A stretch of 64,000 nt of DNA from a virus, in the IMG/VR virus record IMGVR_UViG_3300020166_000747; one strand, given 5' to 3'. This document shows, one piece after another, positions 41,159 to 48,858 of this stretch. A program made the position numbers and the translations under genes. How positions within the stretch are numbered: position 1 is the first letter of the stretch; every line of letters begins with the position of its first letter. The notes beneath the pieces are model-generated. The model ran no database searches. It saw only the letters and a list, made by a program, of their open reading frames with translations, and was not told where the DNA came from.

Positions 41159-42955
41159 TTGCTAAAACTAAAGAATATAACAATCCGAAACTTCATGAGT
41201 GTCGGCAACGTCACTCAAGCCATCGATTTAGAAAGAGATTCACTATCACTAGTATTAGGTAATAACCTAGACTTGGGTGGTGATGGTTCCCGTAATGGCA
41301 CTGGTAAGACTACTCTTATCAATGCTCTATCGTATGCTCTATACGGTAATGCACTTACAAATATCAAAAAGAATAACCTAATCAATAAGACTAACGGTAA
41401 AGGAATGTTAGTCACTTCTGATTTCGAATATAATGGTAATGAGTATCGCATTGAACGTGGTCGCTCTCCTAACGTTTTTAGATTGATGCGTGATGGCATT
41501 GATATTAATGAAACACAAGATGAAGCGCAAGGTGAAATGCGACAAACGCAAATTGAAGTTGATTCAATTATTGGCATTTCACATAATATGTTTAAGCACA
41601 TTGTTGCACTAAACACATATACTGACCCATTCTTGTCAATGAGGCCTAATGATCAACGTGAGATTATCGAAGAACTCCTTGGTATCACTGAACTTTCTAG
41701 AAAAGCAGATAACTTAAAAGATGAAGTTAAAGCTACTAAGGAACAAATCAAAGACGAAGAATATCGTTTGAAAGCTATCGAAGATGCTAACTCACGTATT
41801 CTAAAATCTATCAAAGATATTGAACGTAGACAACGTATCTGGACTGAAAAGCATGATAGTGAGGTTAAAACCTTATCTTCTGCACTTGATTCGCTTTCTC
41901 ATATAAATATTGATGAAGAGATTAAGAACCAAGCTCTACTATTAGAGTATAATGAAAAGAAAACTCGTTTAGATGAAGCGGTACGTTGGATTAACAGTAT
42001 TGAAGCAGACGATACAAAACAAGAAAAAGTTATCTCTAAACTTGAAAACGAAATCAAGTTACTAAAAGAACACACTTGCTATGCTTGCGGTCAAGAAATG
42101 CACGATGATAAACAAGAAAGTATCCTCTCTGCAAAAGAAGAACAAAAGCAAGAAGCATCAATGCAGATTACTGCTAATAGTACACAACTAGAAGAACACA
42201 TGAAAATAGTTTCTTCTATTGGTGAACTTGGTGATAAGCCTGTAGTGTTCTACGATTCAGTTAACGATGCATATGAGCATCAAAACTCAGTTCGTCTATT
42301 AGAAGAACAAATTGAACAAAAGAAAAAAGCAGAAGACCCTTATGAGGATCAGATTAAAGAAATGCGTGAAAGTTCACTTGAAGAACTTGATTACTCACAC
42401 ATGAATACCCTTATATCTTTCCGTGAACATCAGGACTTCTTAATGAAACTACTAACCAACAAAGATAGTTTCATTCGTAAAAAGATTATTGACCAGAACT
42501 TGTCATTCTTGAACAAGAGACTAGAGCGTTATCTAGATAAACTTGGTCTACCACATGAAGTCAAGTTCCAAAGTGACTTGACTGTAGAAATCACAGAACT
42601 AGGCAGAGACCTAGACTTTGATAACTTATCACGAGGCGAACGTAACAGATTGATCTTAGGGCTGTCTTGGGCGTTCCGTGATATATTCGAATCACTCTAT
42701 TCAACAATCAACTGTATGTTTGTTGACGAATTGATTGATTCGGGTATGGACACTAATGGTGTCGAAGCATCACTTGCAATTCTAAAGAAAATGGTACGAG
42801 ACAGTGGACGTTCAGTCTTCTTAGTTTCACACCGTGATGAACTTCAAGGACGTGTTAGTGATGTATTGAATGTAGTAAAAGAAAATGGGTTCACTACATT
42901 CGCACAAGAAACAGAGACACTAGAACCCGGTGTTGAATTAGATTTAGTCATTTAG
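41159..42955 (+). CDS. gp46: Recombination ATPase, gp46/SbcC/Rad50 family
   Basis: NFMSVGN, Walker A NGTGKTT, CYACGQ zinc hook, LSRGE signature, FVDELID, VSH. Confidence 0.92.
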   Translation: MLKLKNITIRNFMSVGNVTQAIDLERDSLSLVLGNNLDLGGDGSRNGTGKTTLINALSYALYGNALTNIKKNNLINKTNGKGMLVTSDFEYNGNEYRIERGRSPNVFRLMRDGIDINETQDEAQGEMRQTQIEVDSIIGISHNMFKHIVALNTYTDPFLSMRPNDQREIIEELLGITELSRKADNLKDEVKATKEQIKDEEYRLKAIEDANSRILKSIKDIERRQRIWTEKHDSEVKTLSSALDSLSHINIDEEIKNQALLLEYNEKKTRLDEAVRWINSIEADDTKQEKVISKLENEIKLLKEHTCYACGQEMHDDKQESILSAKEEQKQEASMQITANSTQLEEHMKIVSSIGELGDKPVVFYDSVNDAYEHQNSVRLLEEQIEQKKKAEDPYEDQIKEMRESSLEELDYSHMNTLISFREHQDFLMKLLTNKDSFIRKKIIDQNLSFLNKRLERYLDKLGLPHEVKFQSDLTVEITELGRDLDFDNLSRGERNRLILGLSWAFRDIFESLYSTINCMFVDELIDSGMDTNGVEASLAILKKMVRDSGRSVFLVSHRDELQGRVSDVLNVVKENGFTTFAQETETLEPGVELDLVI

Positions 42956-42965
42956 GAGAAATAAT

Positions 42966-43142
42966 ATGACAGTAAGCGAACAAATTGAAGAACAAATGGC
43001 TGTATACTTGAAAGAGTCAGAAGCATTTGAAACTAAGGGCGTAAAGGCTGCCGCAGCCCGTGCTAGAAAAGCATTGGGTGAACTTGGTAAACTTACAAAG
43101 GCGCGCCGAGCAGAAATTCAAGAAAAAAAGAACAATATGTAA
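42966..43142 (+). CDS. Histone H1-like (Hc1-family) small basic protein, 58 aa; absent from the ORF track
   Basis: AGGAG RBS; MTVSEQIEEQMAVYLKESEAFETKGVKAAAARARKALGELGKLTKARRAEIQEKKNNM. KG.KAA..RARK is characteristic of Hc1-like proteins. Confidence 0.75.
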   Translation: MTVSEQIEEQMAVYLKESEAFETKGVKAAAARARKALGELGKLTKARRAEIQEKKNNM

Positions 43143-43143
43143 T

Positions 43144-43179
43144 TTAACACTTGACATGTGGTGTTGAAACTGCTATATT
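43144..43179 (+). promoter_or_regulatory. sigma70-type promoter of the candidate sRNA
   Basis: TTAACAC-TTGACA (43151-43156), N17, TATATT (43174-43179). Confidence 0.8.
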
Positions 43180-43185
43180 AGTATT

Positions 43186-43297
43186 AATAAAGAAGTGAAG
43201 TGTCTCCTCTCAACCTCTCTCAACTATCGGATCTTCTTTATTGTTTCAACACAGAGCATGAAACAACCCGGTGCATCTCTGATGCATCGGGTTTTTT
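43186..43297 (+). ncRNA. Candidate small RNA, three hairpins, CU-rich anti-SD-like loop
   Basis: Starts at the expected TSS; stems AATAAAGAAG/CTTCTTTATT and TGTTTCA/TGAAACA; ends in a terminator. Confidence 0.6.
43265..43297 (+). terminator. Rho-independent terminator
   Basis: AACCCGGTGCATC-TCT-GATGCATCGGGTT running into a T6 tract. Confidence 0.85.
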
Positions 43298-43316
43298 AAT
43301 AGAAGGGATAAAGATT

Positions 43317-43505
43317 ATGAGTGTAACTGGAAATCTACCAAGAAAGACCGACGAAGAAACTGATGAAATGAAAAAAGAAATTGAAAAGTTTCTTAAAAAA
43401 GGCGGCAAGATTAAAAAGATCGAAGAAGGTGAATTCACCGAAGCAAAGGATATGAAATACAAATTTCGTAAGCCAGCTTTTCCGAAAAAGAAAAAAGAAG
43501 ACTAG
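43317..43505 (+). CDS. Small protein resembling the SutA RNAP-binding motif
   Basis: MSVTGNLPRK...EMKKEIEKFLKKGGKIKKIEEG; AAGGGA RBS; start placed after the terminator. Confidence 0.55.
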   Translation: MSVTGNLPRKTDEETDEMKKEIEKFLKKGGKIKKIEEGEFTEAKDMKYKFRKPAFPKKKKED

Positions 43506-43517
43506 CTAAATACTCGT

Positions 43518-43757
43518 ATGGTAAGTACGAGTAAATTTCTAGAATGGGCACAAATGGTTACCGGTTGTACGGCGGCTTTGATAGTGTCATTAAACATTGG
43601 GGACACATGGGTCTTTTGGGCTATGTGTCTTTTTTTCGTTAAAGATAGTATGATGGGGATGTTTGCGTATATAAACAAATACCCAGGTATTATTATGAGT
43701 AGCGTAATATACGTACCGATTGATGTTATTGGTATTTACAGATGGTGGTTATTTTGA
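43518..43757 (+). CDS. Small membrane protein (about 3 TM helices)
   Basis: Hydrophobic 79 aa ending GIYRWW; preceded by GCTAAATA-N5-ATG. Confidence 0.65.
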   Translation: MVSTSKFLEWAQMVTGCTAALIVSLNIGDTWVFWAMCLFFVKDSMMGMFAYINKYPGIIMSSVIYVPIDVIGIYRWWLF

Positions 43758-44017
43758 ACTGGATTCAAATAGATAAGCAGATTATAAGCATGATGCGTGT
43801 AATCGATGACAAAGATAAACTTTATGAAGACGTAAAGCAAGTATTCAAGTGGAATGAATCACAAGTTGAAGCCGCTGTAGGTCCATTAATCAAACGATGG
43901 AACTGGTATGATATGCACACAGATCAAAAGCCAGCGAAAAAGAAACGTGTTACCAAAGCTAAAACCACAAAAAAAGCCCCTGCTAAAAAAGCAAGAGCCA
44001 CTAAGAAGAAATCATAA
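43742..44017 (+). CDS. Hypothetical protein with Lys/Ala-rich H1-like tail
   Basis: C-terminus KPAKKKRVTKAKTTKKAPAKKARATKKKS. Confidence 0.65.
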   Translation: MVVILNWIQIDKQIISMMRVIDDKDKLYEDVKQVFKWNESQVEAAVGPLIKRWNWYDMHTDQKPAKKKRVTKAKTTKKAPAKKARATKKKS

Positions 44018-44449
44018 CTTCTTTCTATAATTTTCCAAATATTCAGTAAGAACTTTCGAACTGCCTATTCGAACATTGATGATACCGTTATAGTATTCAT
44101 CAGTTTCTAATACACGGCGTTCAAATTGTTCCCGTGCCTCCATATAACTTAAAGCACCACGACTCGGACAATAGTGAAGTATCTCTCTGGAAAACTTGTC
44201 TTCTCCTAGTTCTGCTACATCTGCATTAAGATGGTCAGAAGAACCCCAATATGTACGCCAATCGCTTTCTTTAAATCCACGCCGTTTGTTCTTACGCCCC
44301 TTTAGAGGTGGCTTTGTGGTTTTAAACTTCGCTAATTTCTTACCTACATATTTCCTGTTATTTGTAAGATTTGTAATCAGATACACAAATCCCTCAACAT
44401 CATCCGGTAATTCATTAACTATTTCGTTATTATATGTCCATTCACTCAT
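44012..44449 (-). CDS. GIY-YIG family nuclease (145 aa)
   Basis: GFVYLITNLTNNRKYVGKK, YWGSS, F.REIL, E, YYN; likely start MSEWTY at 44449. Confidence 0.85.
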   Translation of the reverse strand: MSEWTYNNEIVNELPDDVEGFVYLITNLTNNRKYVGKKLAKFKTTKPPLKGRKNKRRGFKESDWRTYWGSSDHLNADVAELGEDKFSREILHYCPSRGALSYMEAREQFERRVLETDEYYNGIINVRIGSSKVLTEYLENYRKKL

Positions 44450-44586
44450 TATGTATTGTTTGTATCCTTTAAGGTCTAAAGACCTAATACTTTCATAAAT
44501 CTCATTTCGCTTTCGCTCAACCGATTTAATCAGTATTTCTATTAATAGATTATAATATAATATCATTATGGTTATATTATTAATCT

Positions 44587-44594
44587 TATTTATA
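44587..44594 (-). promoter_or_regulatory. Late promoter TATAAATA upstream of the GIY-YIG gene
   Basis: Exact T4 late consensus, but in an AT-rich stretch. Confidence 0.5.
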
Positions 44595-44596
44595 TA

Positions 44597-45012
44597 TGCC
44601 TGCGGCTGAGCCACAATTGCCCTGTTGCCAGGACAATTGCAAAAAATTATGGATACATGCCATAGCTTCATCGCCTCTGTTTATGAGCTAGTAGCCAGAA
44701 ACTACGGGGTCGGTTGGCGATTCCCCCTTCACTCAGTACTGCGTCTTTCGACCCAACGGCACCTCACAATGTCTAAACAGACAGAACATTATGTAAGTCG
44801 ATAGTGCTATAGTAGCCTATCATCGGTTATATTATTAAACTGGTCAACCACGCACCTTTAGAGCCGTGGCTGTTGTAATTAGAATACTTGTATGTGTGGT
44901 TAACGAGAAGATTGCAGGAATTCATCCCTACTAGTCCAACGGCAACAGTATCTTTAAATACTGGCAGATTCAATCCCGAGTTGGCAACCCAACTAACAGT
45001 TCCACTATGTCT
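44597..45012 (-). ncRNA. Candidate large structured non-coding RNA, family not recognised
   Basis: No credible ORF; more GC-rich than its flanks; many adjacent stems, with GNRA loops on the minus strand; downstream of a TATAAATA promoter. Confidence 0.6.
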
Positions 45013-45016
45013 GATA

Positions 45017-45116
45017 TATTAGCATTTGTCATTGTGTATTAGCCTTGTGTGCTATGTGTTAGTTTTATATTAGCTTTGTAATAGTTTTCAATAGAGCCTG
45101 AGTTATTTATATTAGC
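45017..45116 (-). repeat. Four GCTAATA direct repeats
   Basis: TATTAGC on the + strand at 45017, 45037, 45068 and 45110. Confidence 0.7.
45104..45111 (-). promoter_or_regulatory. Late promoter TATAAATA facing the structured non-coding region
   Basis: Exact consensus just after the stop of the upstream ORF. Confidence 0.65.
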
Positions 45117-45117
45117 A

Positions 45118-45354
45118 TTAGAGTATTGGCACACCGGCCTGTTTACTCATTTCATAGTTGTCTTTTATAATATCATTAATGTGAGCAATGTGCCCAACTG
45201 GCATATCATGGAGTTCAGAAATACTTACCCCACCTCTCATATACCAAGTTAACTTTAACATATTTTTGTGTATGCTGTCAAGCTCTTTTTTGTATTTTTC
45301 TGTTTTTTCTTGGATCTGCGCTGGCGTTGCTGTAATTAACCAGCTGTGAAAAAA
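45118..45354 (-). CDS. -1-frame extension of the gp26-like chaperone (lambda gpGT-like); absent from the ORF track
   Basis: Open frame FFHSWLITATPAQIQEKTEKYKKELDSIHKNMLKLTWYMRGGVSISELHDMPVGHIAHINDIIKDNYEMSKQAGVPIL*, beginning at slippery T-TTT-TTC (45354-45348). Confidence 0.7.
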   Translation of the reverse strand, partial: FFHSWLITATPAQIQEKTEKYKKELDSIHKNMLKLTWYMRGGVSISELHDMPVGHIAHINDIIKDNYEMSKQAGVPIL

Positions 45355-46187
45355 TTTACAGGGTTGACCTCCAGAGCAACCTCGCCTTTATGTTCACATT
45401 CTGGACAAACAAACTCAAATGTTGTTGCATCCTTGGGCTTTTTAGATAGTTCCTTGACTTTAGTATCAATTTCGTCTACAACCGTTGTTGGAATGTTACT
45501 GAGGAACTCCATAATCGAATCATAATCGTTTACATTTCCTTCTGGAGTTTCAATGTAACTTATTGTATTTGCTAACAAATCTACATTATGTTCAGCGATC
45601 TTCCTAAAACTGCCATAGAATCGTCTTGCTAGTTCTGCCTCATCAGTTTCCTCATCGTCTTCATTCGCTACGCTATTCTGAATGTGTTGAACGATTCGTT
45701 TTTGTTCAACATCAATTAGTGCTAGGCGCGTAATCGCTTCTACGCTTGGTGGACGAATATGAATTTTAACTTCATCAAATTCAACTGGCGTAACATGTTC
45801 AATATCTGGGAACTTGTTCAAGATATAATTTATATCAATATTGAAGTCACTAACTTCTTCACAATTTGTACATTTGTGTGCATGTGTTAGTTCACGTCCA
45901 TACGTTGCATATTGAATAGCAAGATACAATGCTTCCATATCAATATTGCACATTGTTCTGGGATTTGGAATATCCGGACAACAACTTTTTGCTATATTGA
46001 TTAGTGCTTCACCATTAAGAAGCTCATCTGGGTTTTTCATAGTAATTTCATCTACTGCGGTCATTGGCAATACACCAACTTCTTCTAATAGTGTGGTGCC
46101 CCATTCTGGATTAAATTTGCCACCTGTCGGCAGTTTTATATAAATCCCTGGTTTTCTGAAATACTTTGCTAGTGGGTTTGTGTTCAT
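45336..46187 (-). CDS. gp26: Baseplate hub/tail assembly chaperone, gp26-like
   Basis: NPLAKYFRKP.IYIKLPT.G, MTAVDEI, D...L.LAI..ATYG, two CxxC pairs, ends NPVNFF; AGAGG RBS. Confidence 0.75.
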   Translation of the reverse strand: MNTNPLAKYFRKPGIYIKLPTGGKFNPEWGTTLLEEVGVLPMTAVDEITMKNPDELLNGEALINIAKSCCPDIPNPRTMCNIDMEALYLAIQYATYGRELTHAHKCTNCEEVSDFNIDINYILNKFPDIEHVTPVEFDEVKIHIRPPSVEAITRLALIDVEQKRIVQHIQNSVANEDDEETDEAELARRFYGSFRKIAEHNVDLLANTISYIETPEGNVNDYDSIMEFLSNIPTTVVDEIDTKVKELSKKPKDATTFEFVCPECEHKGEVALEVNPVNFFTAG

Positions 46188-46200
46188 TTTTTCGCCTCTT

Positions 46201-46262
46201 GATAAATACAACGATACATTCTATTTATGTTCATAGTTATTTACTCTATTATAAACTACGAA
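46201..46262. promoter_or_regulatory. Crossed late promoters: GATAAATA (+, 46201-46208) and CATAAATA (-, 46229-46222), plus AACTAYGAAYATAA motifs
   Basis: TAAATA cores in the divergent gap between the chaperone and tape-measure-like genes. Confidence 0.6.
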
Positions 46263-46287
46263 TATAACTGAAAAGAGAGAGATTGAT

Positions 46288-48804
46288 ATGGCAGAAGACG
46301 TAATTATTCAGGGTTTTGGTAATGACCGAAGTTTTCCAGACTTTGCTACCGAAGCAACGCAAAAAGGAATTATGCAAGAAGCAGGCAAGCATAGTAATGC
46401 TTTCGCTCAGATGGTACGACTACTGAGTGCGCAAGCTGCTGGACAAAAAATCTCTCAAAGTGAATACAAAGAAATACAGCGAGAGTTACGCAATAATAGA
46501 AAAGCTACAGACGCACTTAAAAAGCAAAATGATAATAACGATAAGAAAAATAGAAAGCAAGATGACACCGCATTAGAAGAAGACAAGAAGCAAACAAGCC
46601 TTTTCAAGAAACTTCTAATCGCTTCTGTTGAACGTACTCAACTTTCTGCAAAGCAATTTCGTGAAGAAATGAAGAACGATAGGAGAATGCAAGAGTTGAT
46701 GAAAGAAGGAATGTCTTCTGATTCTTCTGGCATTATGGCAAAGTTGGAAGGCTTTGGTGTAGCACTTAAAGGTGTAGGTAAATTTGCTGGGCCACTTGCT
46801 AAAGCTGTTACCGGTGTTGCCTCCGCAGTAACTGGAATCAATGCATATATGAAAGCGCAAGCACAAGATAGATTTAACTTTGCACAAGAGCTACGACAAA
46901 GTGGACTTGCTGCAGGATTATCATCTTCACAAGCAAGTTTAACTTCATTTGCCGCAACAGTAAGAGAAAATAACTTTACTCTTGGTGAAGCCGCAGAGTT
47001 TACACAGCGTTTCGCAAATTCAGTTGGTGTACTTGGTGTAAAAAGTTCTCTTGAATTTGTAAACTCACTTGCATATGCAGGTGAAGGTGGCGCTGATATG
47101 ATGCGTAAATTTGGTATGGAGTTTGGTGAAGTAGCGAATGTGGCAGGTACATATCTTGATAGTGTTCGCAACCTTGGTATGCTTGACAGAATGAACGGTC
47201 AACAGTTACGTACTAACATGGACGACTTCATGAGTACTGTAGTATCTACATCTAATGTTATGAAAATTAATATGGAAGATGCGGCAAAGATGATTGCTGA
47301 TACACTTGGAAGAACAGACATTGCTTCATTACTTGCTACTATGGATCCGCAGAGAGCGGCACAAGTACAAGAAGTCGTTGGTATGGCAGGTGGTATGGAT
47401 AGTCCAATAGGCGAAGCACTTGCTATGAGACTTGCTGCAGGATCACAGGGCGAATTCCAAATGACATCACAGTTCGCAGATTTAATGTCAAGTCCGATTA
47501 CTGCATCTATTATGCCATTAGTTGAGCAACTTGCAACATCAACTGAACAAGGTGGGGTAAGTGGGTTCCAAAGTGCTTTAGCAGGATCACGTGGAGATTT
47601 TCAGGCAGCAATAGATAGTACTAGTAGAGAATTGTTACTAAGTGGTGACCAAGCAGGACAGGCAATGATTGCATCACTTGCTAGGTTACTAGGTACGGTA
47701 GAGGATGCAAATGCAGGCTTCACTGCATTATCCGGCGATGATAAAGCAGTTCTTGGATCAATAGAAGCAAGTAGACAATTTGAGTTAGCACTCCAAGGAG
47801 TGAATAATGCATTTATTGAGAATGCGGACTTAGAACAGAATTTAGGTAGACTCAATACTGCTAATATACAACTTGCAGGAGAAATAGAAGGTGCTGGCAC
47901 AGCAATCGCACAACATGCAGATATATTGACAAATGCAACTACCGGATTACAAGCACTTGTGACTGATCTAGCATCTGGTGTTGTAGGCTTAGCTGGTGAC
48001 GGTTTAGGATCTCTAAGTAAAGACAGTGCAGACTCATTAGCGAATGTTAAGCGAATGAGACAAGTTGTTGAACAAACATTTGGCGCAACAAGTTTAGAAG
48101 CTATTTCTGCACCTATATTAAAACAATTAGATAATGTAGAAGAAGCACAATCACGTTTCGAAGCAGACCCGTCTCAAAATAATGAATTTAGATTAAAAAT
48201 GTCACAACGTGCTTTATTTGATGAAATAGACAAACTTAGTGAAACTAATCCAGAACAAGCACAGTCACTACTCAGAGGGTCAGGACTAGAAAACTTTGTA
48301 AGAGAAGGCGAAATAATTAATTACGATCCTGCTATTTTAGAACAGCAAGGAAGCCAGGATGTGTTTGGCGACCAGATGCGAAATCGTGAAGGCTTTGAAC
48401 TGCTTGGTGGCGGAACAATGCTCACTAAAGATGATACCGCAGATGCATTACTATCAAACATACTGCAAAATGGAAACAATACGTTGGGTACTGATTTTAC
48501 AAGAAATGCGTTTAATCAATTGTTGAATGGAAATGGTGCAGGGTTGTTAGATACTATTGGTTTTGAACGTGAAGGTGATTCATTTACTGCCGAAGAAAGA
48601 CAAATGATTGTATCACTTACTACACAGATGAGTGAGAACAAACTAATAAATGACGAAACATTAAATAAACTTATTACTTCAATAGGTGAGGATTCTGGTA
48701 GAAGTGCATTTGATTGGGTAGGAGCATCCGAAGAAGACAGAGTACAACAGAGAGCATTACAAGCTACTATGAATCAACTACTACAAGCGTTAATTAGTAA
48801 TTAA
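46288..48804 (+). CDS. Tape-measure-like protein
   Basis: 838 aa, Ala/Gly/Gln/Met-rich helical composition, N-terminal ATEAT motif, next to the assembly chaperone. Confidence 0.55.
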   Translation: MAEDVIIQGFGNDRSFPDFATEATQKGIMQEAGKHSNAFAQMVRLLSAQAAGQKISQSEYKEIQRELRNNRKATDALKKQNDNNDKKNRKQDDTALEEDKKQTSLFKKLLIASVERTQLSAKQFREEMKNDRRMQELMKEGMSSDSSGIMAKLEGFGVALKGVGKFAGPLAKAVTGVASAVTGINAYMKAQAQDRFNFAQELRQSGLAAGLSSSQASLTSFAATVRENNFTLGEAAEFTQRFANSVGVLGVKSSLEFVNSLAYAGEGGADMMRKFGMEFGEVANVAGTYLDSVRNLGMLDRMNGQQLRTNMDDFMSTVVSTSNVMKINMEDAAKMIADTLGRTDIASLLATMDPQRAAQVQEVVGMAGGMDSPIGEALAMRLAAGSQGEFQMTSQFADLMSSPITASIMPLVEQLATSTEQGGVSGFQSALAGSRGDFQAAIDSTSRELLLSGDQAGQAMIASLARLLGTVEDANAGFTALSGDDKAVLGSIEASRQFELALQGVNNAFIENADLEQNLGRLNTANIQLAGEIEGAGTAIAQHADILTNATTGLQALVTDLASGVVGLAGDGLGSLSKDSADSLANVKRMRQVVEQTFGATSLEAISAPILKQLDNVEEAQSRFEADPSQNNEFRLKMSQRALFDEIDKLSETNPEQAQSLLRGSGLENFVREGEIINYDPAILEQQGSQDVFGDQMRNREGFELLGGGTMLTKDDTADALLSNILQNGNNTLGTDFTRNAFNQLLNGNGAGLLDTIGFEREGDSFTAEERQMIVSLTTQMSENKLINDETLNKLITSIGEDSGRSAFDWVGASEEDRVQQRALQATMNQLLQALISN

Positions 48805-48809
48805 AAGAG

Positions 48810-48838
48810 TTGACATGTACTCAAAAACATGTTAATAT
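48810..48838 (+). promoter_or_regulatory. sigma70-type promoter upstream of portal
   Basis: TTGACA (48810-48815), N17, TAATAT with TG extension. Confidence 0.6.
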
Positions 48839-48858
48839 AAAAAATACAGGATATAAAA

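Noticed and set aside
43200-43316. GTG-started extension of the 43317 ORF
   Set aside because: It runs through a strong terminator; the ATG at 43317 has its own RBS.
44450-44671. N-terminal extension of the GIY-YIG ORF given in the track (219 aa)
   Set aside because: The extension crosses the AT-rich tract, promoter and RNA hairpins and is low-complexity; MSEWTY at 44449 is the more plausible start.
44597-45012. Group I intron, RNase P or tmRNA identity for the structured region
   Set aside because: No interrupted gene, no correctly ordered P7 GACUA/UAGUC pair, no GAGGAAAGUCC, no tRNA-like ends recognised by eye; cmscan is still needed.
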